DNA of 64,000 bases from an uncultured Rhabdochlamydiaceae bacterium (GTDB lineage: Bacteria; Chlamydiota; Chlamydiia; Chlamydiales; Rhabdochlamydiaceae): positions 736,001 to 800,000 of the forward strand of contig CAVQHD010000001.1 in NCBI GenBank assembly GCA_963712275.1, in the 5' to 3' direction. Each line of letters opens with the position of its first letter. Within the stretch, counting starts at the first letter, position 1. The translations under genes and the position numbers were made by a program. Shown here piece by piece: positions 8,900 to 20,700 of the stretch. The notes beneath the pieces are model-generated. The model was not told the DNA's origin and did not search any database. It worked only from the letters and a program-made list of their open reading frames with translations.

Positions 8900-10246
8900 C
8901 TACATTAATAAATTGTGGATGGCCTCTCTTTGACTTTCGTGTGCAAGCGAGGCAACTGCATACAGTGGCCTTGAATCGAGATTTTCGACAACGGAATAGT
9001 CGAGGGCGGAGAAACGAATTCCTAAAGACGATTTTGGGTGTGTTTCTAAGAAAAGGCGAAGGCTGCGAAGCGTCTTACCATGGCCGCTCTTGACTTCAAC
9101 GGGGAGAATTTGCTCTCCTCTTTGAAGAAGGTAATCGACTTCTGCTGTGCTATTTTTTTCTTTCCGTTTCCAAAAATAAAGATCGGCTTTGTTATCTGGG
9201 CTTGCATAGCAGAGGAGTTCTTGGCCGACGAAGGCTTCAGCAATTTCTCCACGATTCTCAAACCCCTCTAAAGGGCGTAAAAACCATATCGAAATATCGG
9301 ATCCCAAAATCGATTGGCAAAGAGCCACATCAAGATAGATGATTTTAAATGTTTCAAAATCGACATCGGATCCGATGGGGATCCCTTGACCGGATGAATG
9401 ACGGATGATATGAACAACATTTGCACTTTCGAGAAGCTCTAAAGCAGGGGCAAGTTCCCGTTTCCGATATTCTCCGTGAATTTCTCTATAAGAAAACTTT
9501 TTTCCAACAAGATGTGGAATTTGACGAAAGAGCTGTTCGACGTATTTAACTTGAGTTTTTCTAGCATATTTTTCAAAGTCTTGGCGATAAGTGGCTGCAA
9601 TTTCTTGGAGGACTTTTAAAGAGGAGGCTGGATCTTTCGTTTGAATCCACCTCGCGATCGTTTCAGGCATTCCTCCAATCGAGAGGTATTCACCTAGGAT
9701 GTCTAATATTTTTGTATGAATCGGCTCTTCCATTAAAACTCCAAGCTGATGAGTCGATATTTCCCTTGCAATCAAGAGGTTTCCTGTTGCGACAAGGTAT
9801 TCCAAAAAGGAAAGTGGATACATATACAACATAGAGATCCGTCCGACAGGAACCCCAACTTTTGCTATTGCAAATTCCAAAAGAGATCCAGCTGCGATCA
9901 CATGAAGATCTGGCATTTCTTCGTAAAAATATCGTAAGGCTAAAATAGCTCGAGGTGACTGCTGGATTTCATCTAAGAAAAGAAGGGTTTCCCCAGGAAT
10001 AATCGGAGCTTTGACAAGCAGGGAAAGAGAGCGGATGATCCTTTCTGCGACAAGATCCTTTTCAAAAATGGACGCAGCCTCTTCCAACTGCTCAAAATTA
10101 ACCTCTACAAAATGTTGAAATCCTTGGCCAAGCCGTCGGACAGCATAGGTTTTCCCCACCTGCCTGGCCCCTCGTAATAGAAGGGGTTTTCGATAGGGGT
10201 CAACTTTCCATTTGTCGAGGTGAAAGTCTATAATTCTTTTAAACAT
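8900..10246 (-). CDS. AAA+ ATPase with C-terminal DUF4143/PD-(D/E)xK-like domain
   Basis: Walker A GARQVGKT, Walker B LFLDEIQ, C-terminal EVDYLL...PVEVKSG; likely start MFKR at 10246. Confidence 0.88.
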   Translation of the reverse strand: MFKRIIDFHLDKWKVDPYRKPLLLRGARQVGKTYAVRRLGQGFQHFVEVNFEQLEEAASIFEKDLVAERIIRSLSLLVKAPIIPGETLLFLDEIQQSPRAILALRYFYEEMPDLHVIAAGSLLEFAIAKVGVPVGRISMLYMYPLSFLEYLVATGNLLIAREISTHQLGVLMEEPIHTKILDILGEYLSIGGMPETIARWIQTKDPASSLKVLQEIAATYRQDFEKYARKTQVKYVEQLFRQIPHLVGKKFSYREIHGEYRKRELAPALELLESANVVHIIRHSSGQGIPIGSDVDFETFKIIYLDVALCQSILGSDISIWFLRPLEGFENRGEIAEAFVGQELLCYASPDNKADLYFWKRKEKNSTAEVDYLLQRGEQILPVEVKSGHGKTLRSLRLFLETHPKSSLGIRFSALDYSVVENLDSRPLYAVASLAHESQREAIHNLLM

Positions 10247-10351
10247 GGCTATTTTCCAAGGGTAAATCGATTGATTTTTGGTCGTTTTCCAACCCAAAAA
10301 TGACATGTTTTTGGTTAAAGATCAATAGACCTCTTTCGGAACTAAGGTTTT

Positions 10352-11443
10352 CTAATAAACATCGGCGAGATACCGTCTTTCTCGGCGCAGGTTTTTGAGA
10401 AAGGCTTTGCTCTCTTCGAGGGATAGAGAGCCGTGGGTGGTGCAAATTTGAAGGAAGGCAGCTTCGACCTCTTTTGCCATGGGGTCGGCCTCTCCGCAGA
10501 TATAGAAAAAAGCTCCTTGCTGCAGCCATGCCCAAATGTCAGCTCCCTTCTCAAGGAGCTTATGTTGGACATATACTTTTTCTGGTTGATCGCGGGAGAA
10601 GGCGAGATCAAGGCAGAGTTTTTGCTGGCTTACAAGAGAAGTCCAAAAATCTTCGTAAAAAAAGTCTGTTTTTTGATTCCGCTCGCCAAAAAATAACCAG
10701 TTTTTACCGGGGGCGTTGCGATGGAGCCTCTCTTGCAGGAAGGCGCGGAAGGGGGCAACGCCGGTGCCAGGCCCAACCATGATGATCGGGATGTCGTGGC
10801 TAGAAGGGAGCGTAAAATGGGGTGTTGGTTGAATATAGCATGGAAGAGTGGTGGTTTGTAGGTCGGCCCGATGACAGAGCAGATGGCTTGCAACTCCATA
10901 GCGGAGCTCATCTCTATGATGGAATGTCGTGAGAGAGACTAAGAGATGGATTTCATTGGGGTGGAGCTCTTGCGAGGAGGCGATGGAATAAAAACGGGGA
11001 AGAAGGGGGGGGAGAGAGGAAATCACTTTTGAAAGGTCGAAGGGGCTGTTTCCAAACTGCAGGGCAACATCGAGGAGGTCGAGAGAAGAGAGGATCTCTT
11101 GCGGGATGGAACCTGCTTGAAACTGCTGCATGAGAGAGGTTGTAACGCGCGCTAAGTTCGCCTCAGTCTCTAGGAAGTTTTTCAGAGAAAAGAGCTCTCC
11201 TGTTCTTGGGTGAGTGACGGGGGCCAAAGGATCGGCTTTCAACGCTGTGATAATCCGAAGGACGAGAGTAGGGTCATTGGAGGCGTAGATTCCAACAGAA
11301 TCACCCACTTTATAGGTCAGATTGGATCCTGTAATATCGAGGGTGAGATGGTAGGTGCTTTTTGTCGAACCGCTTTGAGTAAGGGTTTTACGCTCTTTAA
11401 TTTTTGCGGGAAAGGGATAGGTTCGATGAAAGGGAGGGGCCAT
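10352..11443 (-). CDS. cysJ: Sulfite reductase flavoprotein-like FAD/NADPH oxidoreductase (no flavodoxin domain)
   Basis: PRFYSIASS, MVGPGTGVAPFR, LFFGER, AFSRDQPEKVYVQ, RYLADVY motifs. Confidence 0.85.
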   Translation of the reverse strand: MAPPFHRTYPFPAKIKERKTLTQSGSTKSTYHLTLDITGSNLTYKVGDSVGIYASNDPTLVLRIITALKADPLAPVTHPRTGELFSLKNFLETEANLARVTTSLMQQFQAGSIPQEILSSLDLLDVALQFGNSPFDLSKVISSLPPLLPRFYSIASSQELHPNEIHLLVSLTTFHHRDELRYGVASHLLCHRADLQTTTLPCYIQPTPHFTLPSSHDIPIIMVGPGTGVAPFRAFLQERLHRNAPGKNWLFFGERNQKTDFFYEDFWTSLVSQQKLCLDLAFSRDQPEKVYVQHKLLEKGADIWAWLQQGAFFYICGEADPMAKEVEAAFLQICTTHGSLSLEESKAFLKNLRRERRYLADVY

Positions 11444-11446
11444 TTT

Positions 11447-12949
11447 CTACGCTGTCAGTGTTTGGCAGCTGCGCTGCTCCCATCCTTTCGATAGAAGGTC
11501 CATCTTTTTATTCGAAATGCCTCCTAGAAAGTCGATGGAACCTAAAAATCTTGCTCGGCACCGATCTTTTCCAAGGAGTTCAAAGGAGTCGTAAAGAGGA
11601 GGGCCTTGATGCTTTCCCGTGATGGCTCCATACAGAAGGGGGATAATCACTTTTTTATGATGGACACCAAACACTTCAGCTGCCTCTTTTGAAGCTTGTT
11701 CAATGCCAGAGCGTCCCCAATTTTCTTGTTCATCCAGGCTCCAGATGATCGTTTGTAAAATAAAGGCTGCTTTTTCTGCGAAGATGCCCGTGGGAGCAAA
11801 AAGAGGGGGTGTATAAGGAAGATGGTTGACGAAGAAAAAGGAGCAGAGTTCGATGAACTCGGCCAAGGTTTTCATGCGGGTATGGCACAGGGGCATTAGC
11901 TTTTGGATGAACTCGTCTTTAAATCCCCAGTTTTGAATCTTTGCCCAGAGCTCGCTGACAGGAACGGAATTGATGAGATATTGTTGGTTTAGCCAATCGA
12001 GTTTTTGGATATCGAAAAACGCTCCTGACACTCCAATCCGTTTGGGATCAAACGTCGTGATGATATTCTCAAGAGAGTAAATCTCTTGATCGCTGGGCAT
12101 GCTATATCCCATGAGGGTGAGGAAGTTAACAATGGCCTCTGGAAGGTATCCACTGTCTCGGTAGTAAAAGATAGAAGTGGGGTTTCGTCTTTTGGAGAGC
12201 TTTCGGCCGTCTTTCCCAAGAAGGAGCGGCATATGCATATAGTGAGGAGGCGTCCATCCAAAGCTTTCATATAAGAGAAGGTGTTTGGGGGTGGAGCTGA
12301 TCCATTCGTCTCCGCGGATGACATGGGTGATTTGCATCAGATGGTCATCGACGACATTGGCGAGATGGTAGGTCGGAAACCCATCTGATTTGAGGAGGAC
12401 TTGGTCATCGATATCTGACCAGGGGTAAGAGATCCGTCCTTTGATTCCATCTTCAAAAACACAATCCCCTGTCAGAGGAACTTTAAGGCGGATGACATAC
12501 GGCTCGCCTGCTTTTTCTCGCTGCGCGATCTCTGCGGGACTTAAGTTCCGATAACGGCGATCATAACCGACGCGCTGGCCGAGCTTCGAGGCCATTTCTC
12601 TCATTTCTGCAAGCTCTTCGGGTGTGGCAAAACATTTATATGCTTTTCCTGCCTCGACAAGTTCATGACAGTGTTTGCGATAAATGTCGGTCCGCTCGGA
12701 TTGTCGGTAGGGTCCATAGGGGCCTCCAACATCGGGTCCTTCATCCCACTCAAGACCCACCCATCGAAGAGCATTAAAGATATTTTTTTCATATTCGGGG
12801 CGGGACCGTGTTTGGTCGGTATCCTCAATGCGTAAGATAAATTTCCCTTTAAAGTGCTTGGCAAAAATCAGATTAAAAAGGGCGATATAAGCAGTTCCTA
12901 CATGGGGGTCTCCTGTCGGAGAAGGGGCAATACGGACACGTACGGTCAT
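11447..12949 (-). CDS. gltX: Glutamate--tRNA ligase
   Basis: [25 protein letters not shown] motifs. Confidence 0.97.
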   Translation of the reverse strand: MTVRVRIAPSPTGDPHVGTAYIALFNLIFAKHFKGKFILRIEDTDQTRSRPEYEKNIFNALRWVGLEWDEGPDVGGPYGPYRQSERTDIYRKHCHELVEAGKAYKCFATPEELAEMREMASKLGQRVGYDRRYRNLSPAEIAQREKAGEPYVIRLKVPLTGDCVFEDGIKGRISYPWSDIDDQVLLKSDGFPTYHLANVVDDHLMQITHVIRGDEWISSTPKHLLLYESFGWTPPHYMHMPLLLGKDGRKLSKRRNPTSIFYYRDSGYLPEAIVNFLTLMGYSMPSDQEIYSLENIITTFDPKRIGVSGAFFDIQKLDWLNQQYLINSVPVSELWAKIQNWGFKDEFIQKLMPLCHTRMKTLAEFIELCSFFFVNHLPYTPPLFAPTGIFAEKAAFILQTIIWSLDEQENWGRSGIEQASKEAAEVFGVHHKKVIIPLLYGAITGKHQGPPLYDSFELLGKDRCRARFLGSIDFLGGISNKKMDLLSKGWEQRSCQTLTA

Positions 12950-13022
12950 CAGAGAGCCTTTTTAGGGGCGATTATCCTTAAAAGAAAGATACTTTTCAAG
13001 GTAGATCGTCGAGAGGAGAGGG

Positions 13023-13238
13023 TAGGTCACAGGAAGTTAGAATAAATGTTTGAAACTTTTGCTCACTCGGGCTTATTTCCATTTTTTCACCACAGAGGCA
13101 CGGAGAGGGATGAGATTGCACAGAGGAAAAAAATCCTCTGTGCAATCTCATCCCTCTCCGTGCCTCTGTGGTGAAAAAATGGAAATAAGCCCGAGTGAGC
13201 AAAAGTTTTAAATATTTACTCCAACTTCCTGTGACCTA
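13023..13238. repeat. 216-bp hairpin element (family C, copy 1)
   Basis: 75-bp perfect arms at 13053-13127 and 13134-13208 around an A6 loop, plus near-perfect outer arms; homologous to 22281-22500. Confidence 0.92.
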
Positions 13239-15145
13239 TGCATCATGAAAATTAAGTCTTTCATAATGTTAACCGCTTCCTGTAGCTGGAGGTCGCTGGC
13301 CCCTAAAGTGGGGGTTTTTTCTGGCTGTTTGCTTGAGATGGCCTTGAGAAGGTTTTGATGGTTAAGATTATTTTTTAAACGATAGGTTGAATTAGAGACA
13401 AGTTGAGGGGAAAAGGGGTAGTAGGTTGTCGCAATAGGCTGAAGCTGTCCCTTGTAGAGTTTAGACACTTGATACCGATGGAGAATGGGAATATCGGAGA
13501 GATCGTCTTCAAAGCAGGGGGGGATTTCATCAGCTTCTAAAGGATATTTGGAAAAACGTTCTCCAATCTCCATCTCAGAAAGGGGACCTGGGACGATGAT
13601 ATTGGCTTTGACACCCACCTTTTGCGGGGTTTTCCCTGAGACTGTGTAATAATGGCCTCGGGTAACTTTATACTCTCCTTGAGAATTGACTTTGCCATAA
13701 CTTGTCGATTCCAAGGTAAATGTTTGAAAGGTTCCCTTGCCAAAGGTCTCTGGGTCGCCGACAATCAGAGCCCGGCCGTATTCTTGCAGCGACTGAGCGA
13801 CAATTTCCGAGGAGGAAGCGCTCAATTTATTGGTGAGGATAATTAAAGGGCCGTCCCAAGTGGCTTTTGATTCGAGATTGCGGAGTCTTTGAATAAACCC
13901 GGTGTTGTCTTTGATCGAGACCACAACACCTTTATTCATGAAAAGTCCGGCAACGGAGACGGCTTGCGGAAGAAGGCCGCCTGTATTGCTGCGTAAATCG
14001 AGAATAATCCCTTCGAGCTTATGTTTTTTTTTAAGCTGCTCAATTTCTTGGGAGAGGTCAGATGCTGAAGAGTACTCGGAATCTTGGTAGAAGGAGTTAA
14101 GCCGTAAAATTCCAATAACTCCTTTCCCAAAAGGTTCATAACCCGATTCGAAACGGCTCTCTTTTAGAACGATTTCTCCTCGGGTAATTTGAACATCAAA
14201 CTGCTGGTCCTGCTGATTCTCTTTGCGTCTTAAAAATGTCAAAATAACCGAGGTTCCTTCCACTCCTCGCACAAGCTCGACAACCTCGGTGATATCAAGG
14301 CCAACCACAGGCTGTTTGTTGACGGCAATAATCTGATCGCCGACAAGGACCTCAGGATGTCTGCTGAGCGGGCTATTGTCTAAGATTTGCACGATTGTAA
14401 AACCGCTCAGGTCATCGCGCAGATGCGCCCCAATTCCAAAGAGCCGTTGCTGCATTTGCACCATCAGCTGGTTGGCTTCAAAAGGGGTGAAGTAGCTCGT
14501 TTGGGAATCAAGAGAAGAGGCGACAGCTTTGAGGACATAGGTTAAGACTGAATAATTGCGGGTATCGGCTTTCAGCTCGTCTTCGTGAGTGGTTCTTCGT
14601 TTGTCGAGCCGTTTTTGAAATTGCAGCTGCTCCTCGGGGTCTAAAATGCGCTCCACTGTCTTTATCTGCAGTTGATGGAGATGTTCAAGCCGCTTTTTTA
14701 ACGCCTCTTTGGTTTGAACCCATGTCATATTTTTAAATTCTTCAGGGTCTACAGATTCTGCTGAAACATCTCGTGAAATTTCATTTTCCAAAGCCCGCCG
14801 TCGATCAATTGCCTTGAGCATGAGAGCGTAGATTTCCTCAAAAATGGAAAATTGATTGTTTTTGAGCTCTTTAAGGACTGTTGAGAGGAGCTCCTCAGAC
14901 GGTTTTGTCCATGCAATTACTTCAGGCTCAATAAGATAACAGTAGTTTGGATCGAGCTCATGTAGGAAATTCAAGAGAGATCTAGACACAAGTTCTTGAT
15001 TTAAAACATGATGTGTTGCATGGGCGCGTAAGATTTCATCGATTTTGACCCTCACGTTGTGAGGGGTGAGTTCAGGCGGTTTTCCGACCAATAAAAGAGG
15101 AAAAAAGCAGAAAATCAGGAGATTTATCCAGCGCAATTTTATCAT
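13208..15145 (-). CDS. tsp: Tail-specific (S41) protease with PDZ domain
   Basis: Signal peptide, GIGAHL PDZ segment, DLRSNTGGLL, SASSSEI, TFGKGT. Confidence 0.9.
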   Translation of the reverse strand: MIKLRWINLLIFCFFPLLLVGKPPELTPHNVRVKIDEILRAHATHHVLNQELVSRSLLNFLHELDPNYCYLIEPEVIAWTKPSEELLSTVLKELKNNQFSIFEEIYALMLKAIDRRRALENEISRDVSAESVDPEEFKNMTWVQTKEALKKRLEHLHQLQIKTVERILDPEEQLQFQKRLDKRRTTHEDELKADTRNYSVLTYVLKAVASSLDSQTSYFTPFEANQLMVQMQQRLFGIGAHLRDDLSGFTIVQILDNSPLSRHPEVLVGDQIIAVNKQPVVGLDITEVVELVRGVEGTSVILTFLRRKENQQDQQFDVQITRGEIVLKESRFESGYEPFGKGVIGILRLNSFYQDSEYSSASDLSQEIEQLKKKHKLEGIILDLRSNTGGLLPQAVSVAGLFMNKGVVVSIKDNTGFIQRLRNLESKATWDGPLIILTNKLSASSSEIVAQSLQEYGRALIVGDPETFGKGTFQTFTLESTSYGKVNSQGEYKVTRGHYYTVSGKTPQKVGVKANIIVPGPLSEMEIGERFSKYPLEADEIPPCFEDDLSDIPILHRYQVSKLYKGQLQPIATTYYPFSPQLVSNSTYRLKNNLNHQNLLKAISSKQPEKTPTLGASDLQLQEAVNIMKDLIFMMHRSQEVGVNI

Positions 15146-15256
15146 GACCGTAAAAAATTATCCTTCGTAGCTAATCATAGGTTATACTAAACCAACAGTT
15201 TATGACGATTAAAAAAATTTATATCATAACTGATTCATTTTCTTTGACCTACGGGC

Positions 15257-15285
15257 TTGATTTCAATTCCTTTCTATGTCATAAT
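15257..15285 (+). promoter_or_regulatory. Putative distal sigma66 promoter of euo
   Basis: TTGATT-17-CATAAT. Confidence 0.45.
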
Positions 15286-15350
15286 TAATAGTTCATTAGG
15301 GCATAGTAACTTTAATAAATAAAAAAGGCCGTATTGATACAGAAAAAACG

Positions 15351-15379
15351 TTGAAACACAATCGATTTGAGTCTATAGT
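15351..15379 (+). promoter_or_regulatory. Putative proximal sigma66 promoter of euo
   Basis: TTGAAA-17-TATAGT upstream of the AGGAGG RBS. Confidence 0.6.
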
Positions 15380-15416
15380 GAATGGCTCAAACAAGTTATA
15401 TGTTAGGAGGAATTCT

Positions 15417-15866
15417 ATGTTTAACGACTCTCAAAACCAGATGCCTGTAACTGAAGAAGTGAATGGCAAAAGGGTCGTTTCCATCACTGAAGCGGCTCGG
15501 ATCAACAACGTAACGCGTCAAGCGATTTATGTTGCGATTAAGCAGCGAAAATTGAGGGCTTATAAAGACTCAACTCGTTGGACAATTGATCTGAACGATT
15601 TAGAGGAGTATCGGAAGCACAAATATTCTCGCACGAAGTCTATGTTCGACGGGGAGCTATTGTTTGATAATGCTAAAGGTTACTATTCTGTAAATCAAGT
15701 TGCTAAGATGTTGGGCGTCCCTGCTCAAAAGATCTACTATGCGACACGAGTTGGCTTACTCAAAGCTTCTCGAAAAGGAGCAGCATGGGTCATTCACACG
15801 AATGATCTGAAATCGTATCAGGAGAACTACCTGACGAAGAAAACTGCCCAGTCACAAGCTGGATAA
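15417..15866 (+). CDS. euo: EUO developmental transcription regulator (two HTH repeats)
   Basis: VSITEAARINNVTRQAIYVAIKQ and YSVNQVAKMLGVPAQKIYYATR; AGGAGG RBS before ATG 15417; adjacent to recJ as in chlamydiae. Confidence 0.93.
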   Translation: MFNDSQNQMPVTEEVNGKRVVSITEAARINNVTRQAIYVAIKQRKLRAYKDSTRWTIDLNDLEEYRKHKYSRTKSMFDGELLFDNAKGYYSVNQVAKMLGVPAQKIYYATRVGLLKASRKGAAWVIHTNDLKSYQENYLTKKTAQSQAG

Positions 15867-15893
15867 TTGGCTTTAATTAAGTAGCAATACTTT

Positions 15894-15940
15894 AAGAGGC
15901 AATGCCTAAAGTTCACCTTTAGGCGTTGCCTCTTTTTTTT
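15894..15940 (+). terminator. Rho-independent terminator after euo
   Basis: AAGAGGCAATGCCTAAAG-ttcac-CTTTAGGCGTTGCCTCTT followed by a T-run. Confidence 0.85.
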
Positions 15941-15945
15941 GTTAA

Positions 15946-15963
15946 GAGTTTGCAAGCACCCTC
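15946..15963. repeat. Collapsed family A element (18 bp)
   Basis: TAA-GAGTTTGCAAGCACCCTC-TAA; the last 14 nt equal the terminus of element 31229-31398. Confidence 0.6.
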
Positions 15964-17705
15964 TAAATTACAGTGAAATCGCGGACTTGCAGCTGGATGC
16001 TCGTTTTGTTTAGAAATGTGTTGACATGAGGGCTGAAGGCGAGATGAATGGAGAGGTTTTTCTTCAAAAGTTCTTGTCTTCGTTCGGCCATCCCAAACCC
16101 AATCCCTTCGAGCATGAGGCCATGTTGATCCACAAAATAGAGTTTTAGATGGGATTTTCCAATCACTTTGGGAGGCCAGATCTGTTTAACATCGCAATAA
16201 AAAATAGGGGCTGGATTTCCGTTTCCAAAAGGTTCAAGAAGATGGAGTGATTCCATAAAGTCAAACGTGAGGTCGGCAAATGAGATTTTAGCGTTAAGAT
16301 AAAGCTTAGACCTCATATCCTGATCTTTGAGAGAGCGGGAGACAGACTGAATGAATTTTTCTTTAAATTGAGGGATTTTACTCTCTTCAATGATGAGTCC
16401 TGCGGCATAATCATGACCTCCAAAGTTGAGTAAAAGATCTCCATGCTCTTTAAGGGTTGGAAGGAGGGGAAACTCAGGAATGGTTCGAAGGGACCCTTTT
16501 CCGATGCCTTGGTCAATTGCAATGATGAGTGTGGGTCTATTATCCCGTTTGGCAATGCGCGCTGTAATGATGGGAATGATTCCTGGGTGAAGTTTGTCGG
16601 AATAAAGTACAATGGCTTTTTCTTTTAAAATCTCGGGGCGTTTGGAGAGCAGGGCATCAATATATTCGGAGTCTTTACGCTCAATCGTCTGCCGCTGATG
16701 ATTATGGGTTTCTAGTTCTTTAGCGAGAAGTTCTGCGGTATGGGGATCGCGGCTTAAGAGAATTTTAACTCCTTTATTGGGATCGGCAATCCGGCCTAAG
16801 CTATTGATGGGAGGGGCTACTTTTGAGGCGATTTCCAAGGGGGAGATTTCTGAGAGACGAACGCCCAGAAGCTGGCACAGTTTCGCAAGCCCAATCCGTT
16901 TTGTTTTTCGCAATTGCCTGAGTCCATATCGAACCAAAATTCGGTTTTCTCCGATAAGTGAAGCCATGTCGGCAATTGTTCCAAGTGCAACGAGGTCAAG
17001 ATACCGTTTAAGATCAATTTTACCGGCGCTCAATTTTCCTTCCTCAACCAGCTGGTTAGAGACGGCGTGGGCGAGCTTGAAGGCAACGCCGACTCCGGTG
17101 ATATCTCGATTAGGGTAAGTGCTTCCTTGAACTTTGGGGTTTAGGGTTGCAACACAAGAGGCAAGGCGTGCTGTCGGTTCATGGTGATCGGTGACGATGA
17201 TATCAATCTTGCGGCTTAAAGCCTCTTTGCTTTCACTTGCAGCTGTGATTCCGCAATCGACTGTAATCAAAAGAGTGCATTGATGAGCTGTTGCGTAAGA
17301 GAGGGCATCGAGCATGAGGCTTTGATTTAGGGAGGTTCGGTTCGAGATATAAGAAAAAACAGGGGTTCCTAGATACTCGAAAAATTCTGTTAAGAGAGTG
17401 GTCCCCGTGATTCCATCGACATCGTTATCTCCATAAATCAAAATGGGTTCTTTCTCTTGCAAAGCTTTTAAAACGCGGGCGACAGCTTTGTCCATATCAA
17501 GAAAAAGGTCAGGATCGTGCAGATCAGGAAGTTTTGCATAGAGAAAATCATGAATTTCATCGAGGCCGTCAAAATCCCTGGAGCCCAACACCTGAGCGGT
17601 CACAGGATGAATCTTGAATTCATCGATAATTTCCTTGACCCAGGCAGGATCTTGCTTGGGATAAATCCAAAGTGGTGACTCTAGTTTTCGATTTTTAAGA
17701 TTCAC
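15963..17705 (-). CDS. recJ: Single-stranded DNA exonuclease RecJ
   Basis: YGDNDVDG, ITVDCG, TDHHE (DHH), GGHDYAAG; likely GTG start at 17705. Confidence 0.95.
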   Translation of the reverse strand: MNLKNRKLESPLWIYPKQDPAWVKEIIDEFKIHPVTAQVLGSRDFDGLDEIHDFLYAKLPDLHDPDLFLDMDKAVARVLKALQEKEPILIYGDNDVDGITGTTLLTEFFEYLGTPVFSYISNRTSLNQSLMLDALSYATAHQCTLLITVDCGITAASESKEALSRKIDIIVTDHHEPTARLASCVATLNPKVQGSTYPNRDITGVGVAFKLAHAVSNQLVEEGKLSAGKIDLKRYLDLVALGTIADMASLIGENRILVRYGLRQLRKTKRIGLAKLCQLLGVRLSEISPLEIASKVAPPINSLGRIADPNKGVKILLSRDPHTAELLAKELETHNHQRQTIERKDSEYIDALLSKRPEILKEKAIVLYSDKLHPGIIPIITARIAKRDNRPTLIIAIDQGIGKGSLRTIPEFPLLPTLKEHGDLLLNFGGHDYAAGLIIEESKIPQFKEKFIQSVSRSLKDQDMRSKLYLNAKISFADLTFDFMESLHLLEPFGNGNPAPIFYCDVKQIWPPKVIGKSHLKLYFVDQHGLMLEGIGFGMAERRQELLKKNLSIHLAFSPHVNTFLNKTSIQLQVRDFTVI

Positions 17706-20700
17706 TGGACAAAGACTCTTGCTCTCGATTGTGGAAGAATTGCATGAGGGGAGCTGCGATAAAGAGCGAAGAAAGAGTTCCGAAGACCACCCCAATGGCC
17801 ATGACAAGTGCAAATCCAAATAAGGTGCTGCCTCCAAGAAGAATCAGCGGGATGAGGACCAGAAGGGTGATACCTGAAGTCATGAGTGTTCGGCTTAAGG
17901 TCACATTTAAAGCGTGGTTGATAATTTCTGAGAGGGACCGCTTTCTCATGGCTTGCACATCTTCTCGGATCCTATCAAAGATGATGATTGTGTCATTCAA
18001 AGAATATCCAACAATTGTCATGAGGGCTGCCACGGTATGAAGATCAATTTGAAGAGGAAGACCTAAGACATTTAAGAGAGCAAGAACGCATAAGCAGAAA
18101 ACGACATCATGAATGAGACAAAGCGTTGCGGAAACAGCATATTTGAACTCAAAGCGGAGCGTGATATAGGCTAAAATACAGAGGAGAGCAATGCTCATTC
18201 CTATGACAGCGCTTGTCTGCATTGTCTGAGACATTTGTCCGCTGATCGAGGTCCAATGTTCTCCTAAATCTTGAAGAACGGCGGGAGAGAGTTGAATATT
18301 TGACGCTTGAAGCGCTTGTACAATCCATGTGATTTTCGCATTCCCTTCATAAGGGTAGCCTTCAGTATTGATTGGGGCATTTGTTTGATAGAAGGGCCCC
18401 CCTTTTTGATCTAAGCTGTGGCTTAAGAAAATACGAACTTGATTCGAAGGGTGGAGCTCTCGAATCTGAAACTGTTGGGAAGATAATCCTTGGTTAGAAA
18501 GAGCTTCTTCAACTTGGGCTCGGTAATTGTTTTGGGAAGAGATGGGAAGGTCGACTGTGAGTGCATACCCTCCTGTAAAATCCATTCCCAAAATGGTCTT
18601 CTGATGAGAAATAAAACAGCAAGTGCCCACTAAAATAACAATGGCAGAGACAAGGAGGGTCGGTTTTGTAAACCTTAAAAAGTCGAAATGGGTTGAGCGA
18701 ATCAAATTAGCCATTTTGAGCTCTCGATGATGTGGATTTAAAACCCACCAGCTGAAGAAAAAGCGGGTCATAAATAAGGCTGTAAAGAGCGAGGAGATAA
18801 TTCCAATGATGAGAGTAATTGCAAACCCTCGGATGGGTCCTGCGTCAAAGTTCAGGAGAATCAGGGCCGCAATAATCGTCGTAATATTGGAATCGACAAT
18901 GGCCGAAAGGGCTTTCCGGTATCCTGCATGGACCGCAGAGGCAATGCGGCCTGTGGCAGCAAACTCTTCCCGGATTCTTTCAAAGACAAGGACGTTGGCG
19001 TCAACAGCCATTGCCACTGTTAAGATAATTCCGGCGATCCCGGCGAGGGTGAGGGTCGCCCCTAAATTTTGGAGCGTTGCCCACATGATCAGAAGGTTGA
19101 GAATCACAGCGACGGAAGCGACAACTCCTCCAAATCGGTAGTAGGCGATCATGGTTCCAATAGCTAAGATGAGCGCTGTGATTGTCGCGGCGATCCCGTG
19201 GATTCGCTCCTGGCTTCCGAGCTCGGGGCTGACGTTTTTTTCTGATAAAATACGTGGGGTAAAGCTGAGAGAGCCGGCTTTGAGGTCCGACTCCAGCCGA
19301 CTGATTTCTCGTTGGGTAAAACTGCCTGTGATTGAAGCGCTCTCCCGCAAGACAGAGTCAACTGTTGGGGCTGTGATCACAGAGCCGTTTAAAATCACGG
19401 CCATTCTCCAGCCGCTCCCTCGAGAATAGGCTTCCAAAGGGGTACCAGAGATTTTTTCTTTTGCGAACTGGGAAGTCCAGGCTTGAAGGTCATCCCTTGG
19501 AGTTAACTTGGCTCCATCTTTGGTAACGGAAGAGCCTTGAACTCCAAACCCTAGAAAATTCCCTTTCGATGAGTCATAGGAGGCACGGATATTTTCTAAG
19601 CTCGACCCTTCTAGGGCATAGTTGCGAAAAACGATCAAAAGAGGATGGGTTTGCCCATGCCAATCGGTGAAGTCATCTCCTCGATAACAGCCGATTTTAG
19701 AAAAGGTTTCATCAAAAATGGAGCTTCCGCCTCCATCTTGAGGGAAGGCAAGACGAAGGCCGGCATCATAGAGGGTCTTGGCAGCTGCACTGCGAGGCTG
19801 CACGGCCTCTTCTAGGCCAGACGACTCCCCATAGAGATGACGACAGGCGATGGTATTGATTTCTTCGCTTTCTTTTTTTCCAGTGACAACAGCTTCATTC
19901 CAGACATCTTGCAAGAAACGGTGCGTTGCATCAGCAAGTGTTGGACTCAGCATAAATTTTTCATTGACGAGATGGAAAAACATCGAAGAGGCTTTTACGA
20001 GCTCTGCTGCAGAAAGCGATTGAGATCCGGGGAAGTCAAGCGCAATGGAATTGCCTTCTTGTCGAATTGTGACTTCTGCAACACCCATTTTGTTGACACG
20101 GTTATAAAGCTCGCTCATTCCTTGCCGGATATCGCTTTCATTTGTGACAAGATTGTTATGAGTATCTCGCAGCTCTAGTTGGACTGTTTTTCCGCCTGAG
20201 AGATCAAGCCCCCAACGGATGATTTTTCGTTCATCGCCTCGGAAATATTTCACGAAGCTCAGCTTGAGGTTGTCCCAGAGCACATTTTTCGTTGGGGCGG
20301 GAACATCAAATTTTTTTGCTCCCTTTAAATCGACCCTAGCAGCACGGTAATCATCTCTCCATTTCAGGAGCTCTTCATGAATTTGATTGTCAATTTTATT
20401 TTCAGTTAAAATGCGCTCTTCAAAATTTGAAAATTCTAAGAGGGCGTACCGTTTTGTCCCATGGACGGAGAACGATTCGCGGGTTGCTTTGAGAAGATCT
20501 TGGTAATAATCTTCATGTTCAAAAATAAAATCAGATTTGAACTGAGATGCAATGGGATAGGCAGCTCCGGAATATCCGATAAAGCCGTTTTTTTGCAAAA
20601 GTGTCCGTAGGTTATTAAAATCTTGTAAAAATTCTTTAGCACTTTCTTCTGTACCTGATGGAGAGGCTTCGTATTGCGCAAGGATTTTATCAACCCCTTT

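Noticed and set aside
10326..10354. TAGACCTCTTTCGGAACT resembling a repeat terminus
   Set aside because: No convincing partner arm or target duplication
12996..13202. 68-aa ORF (and the similar 61-aa ORF at 22308-22493)
   Set aside because: Both lie almost wholly within family C palindromes; their similarity reflects the repeat, not a protein family
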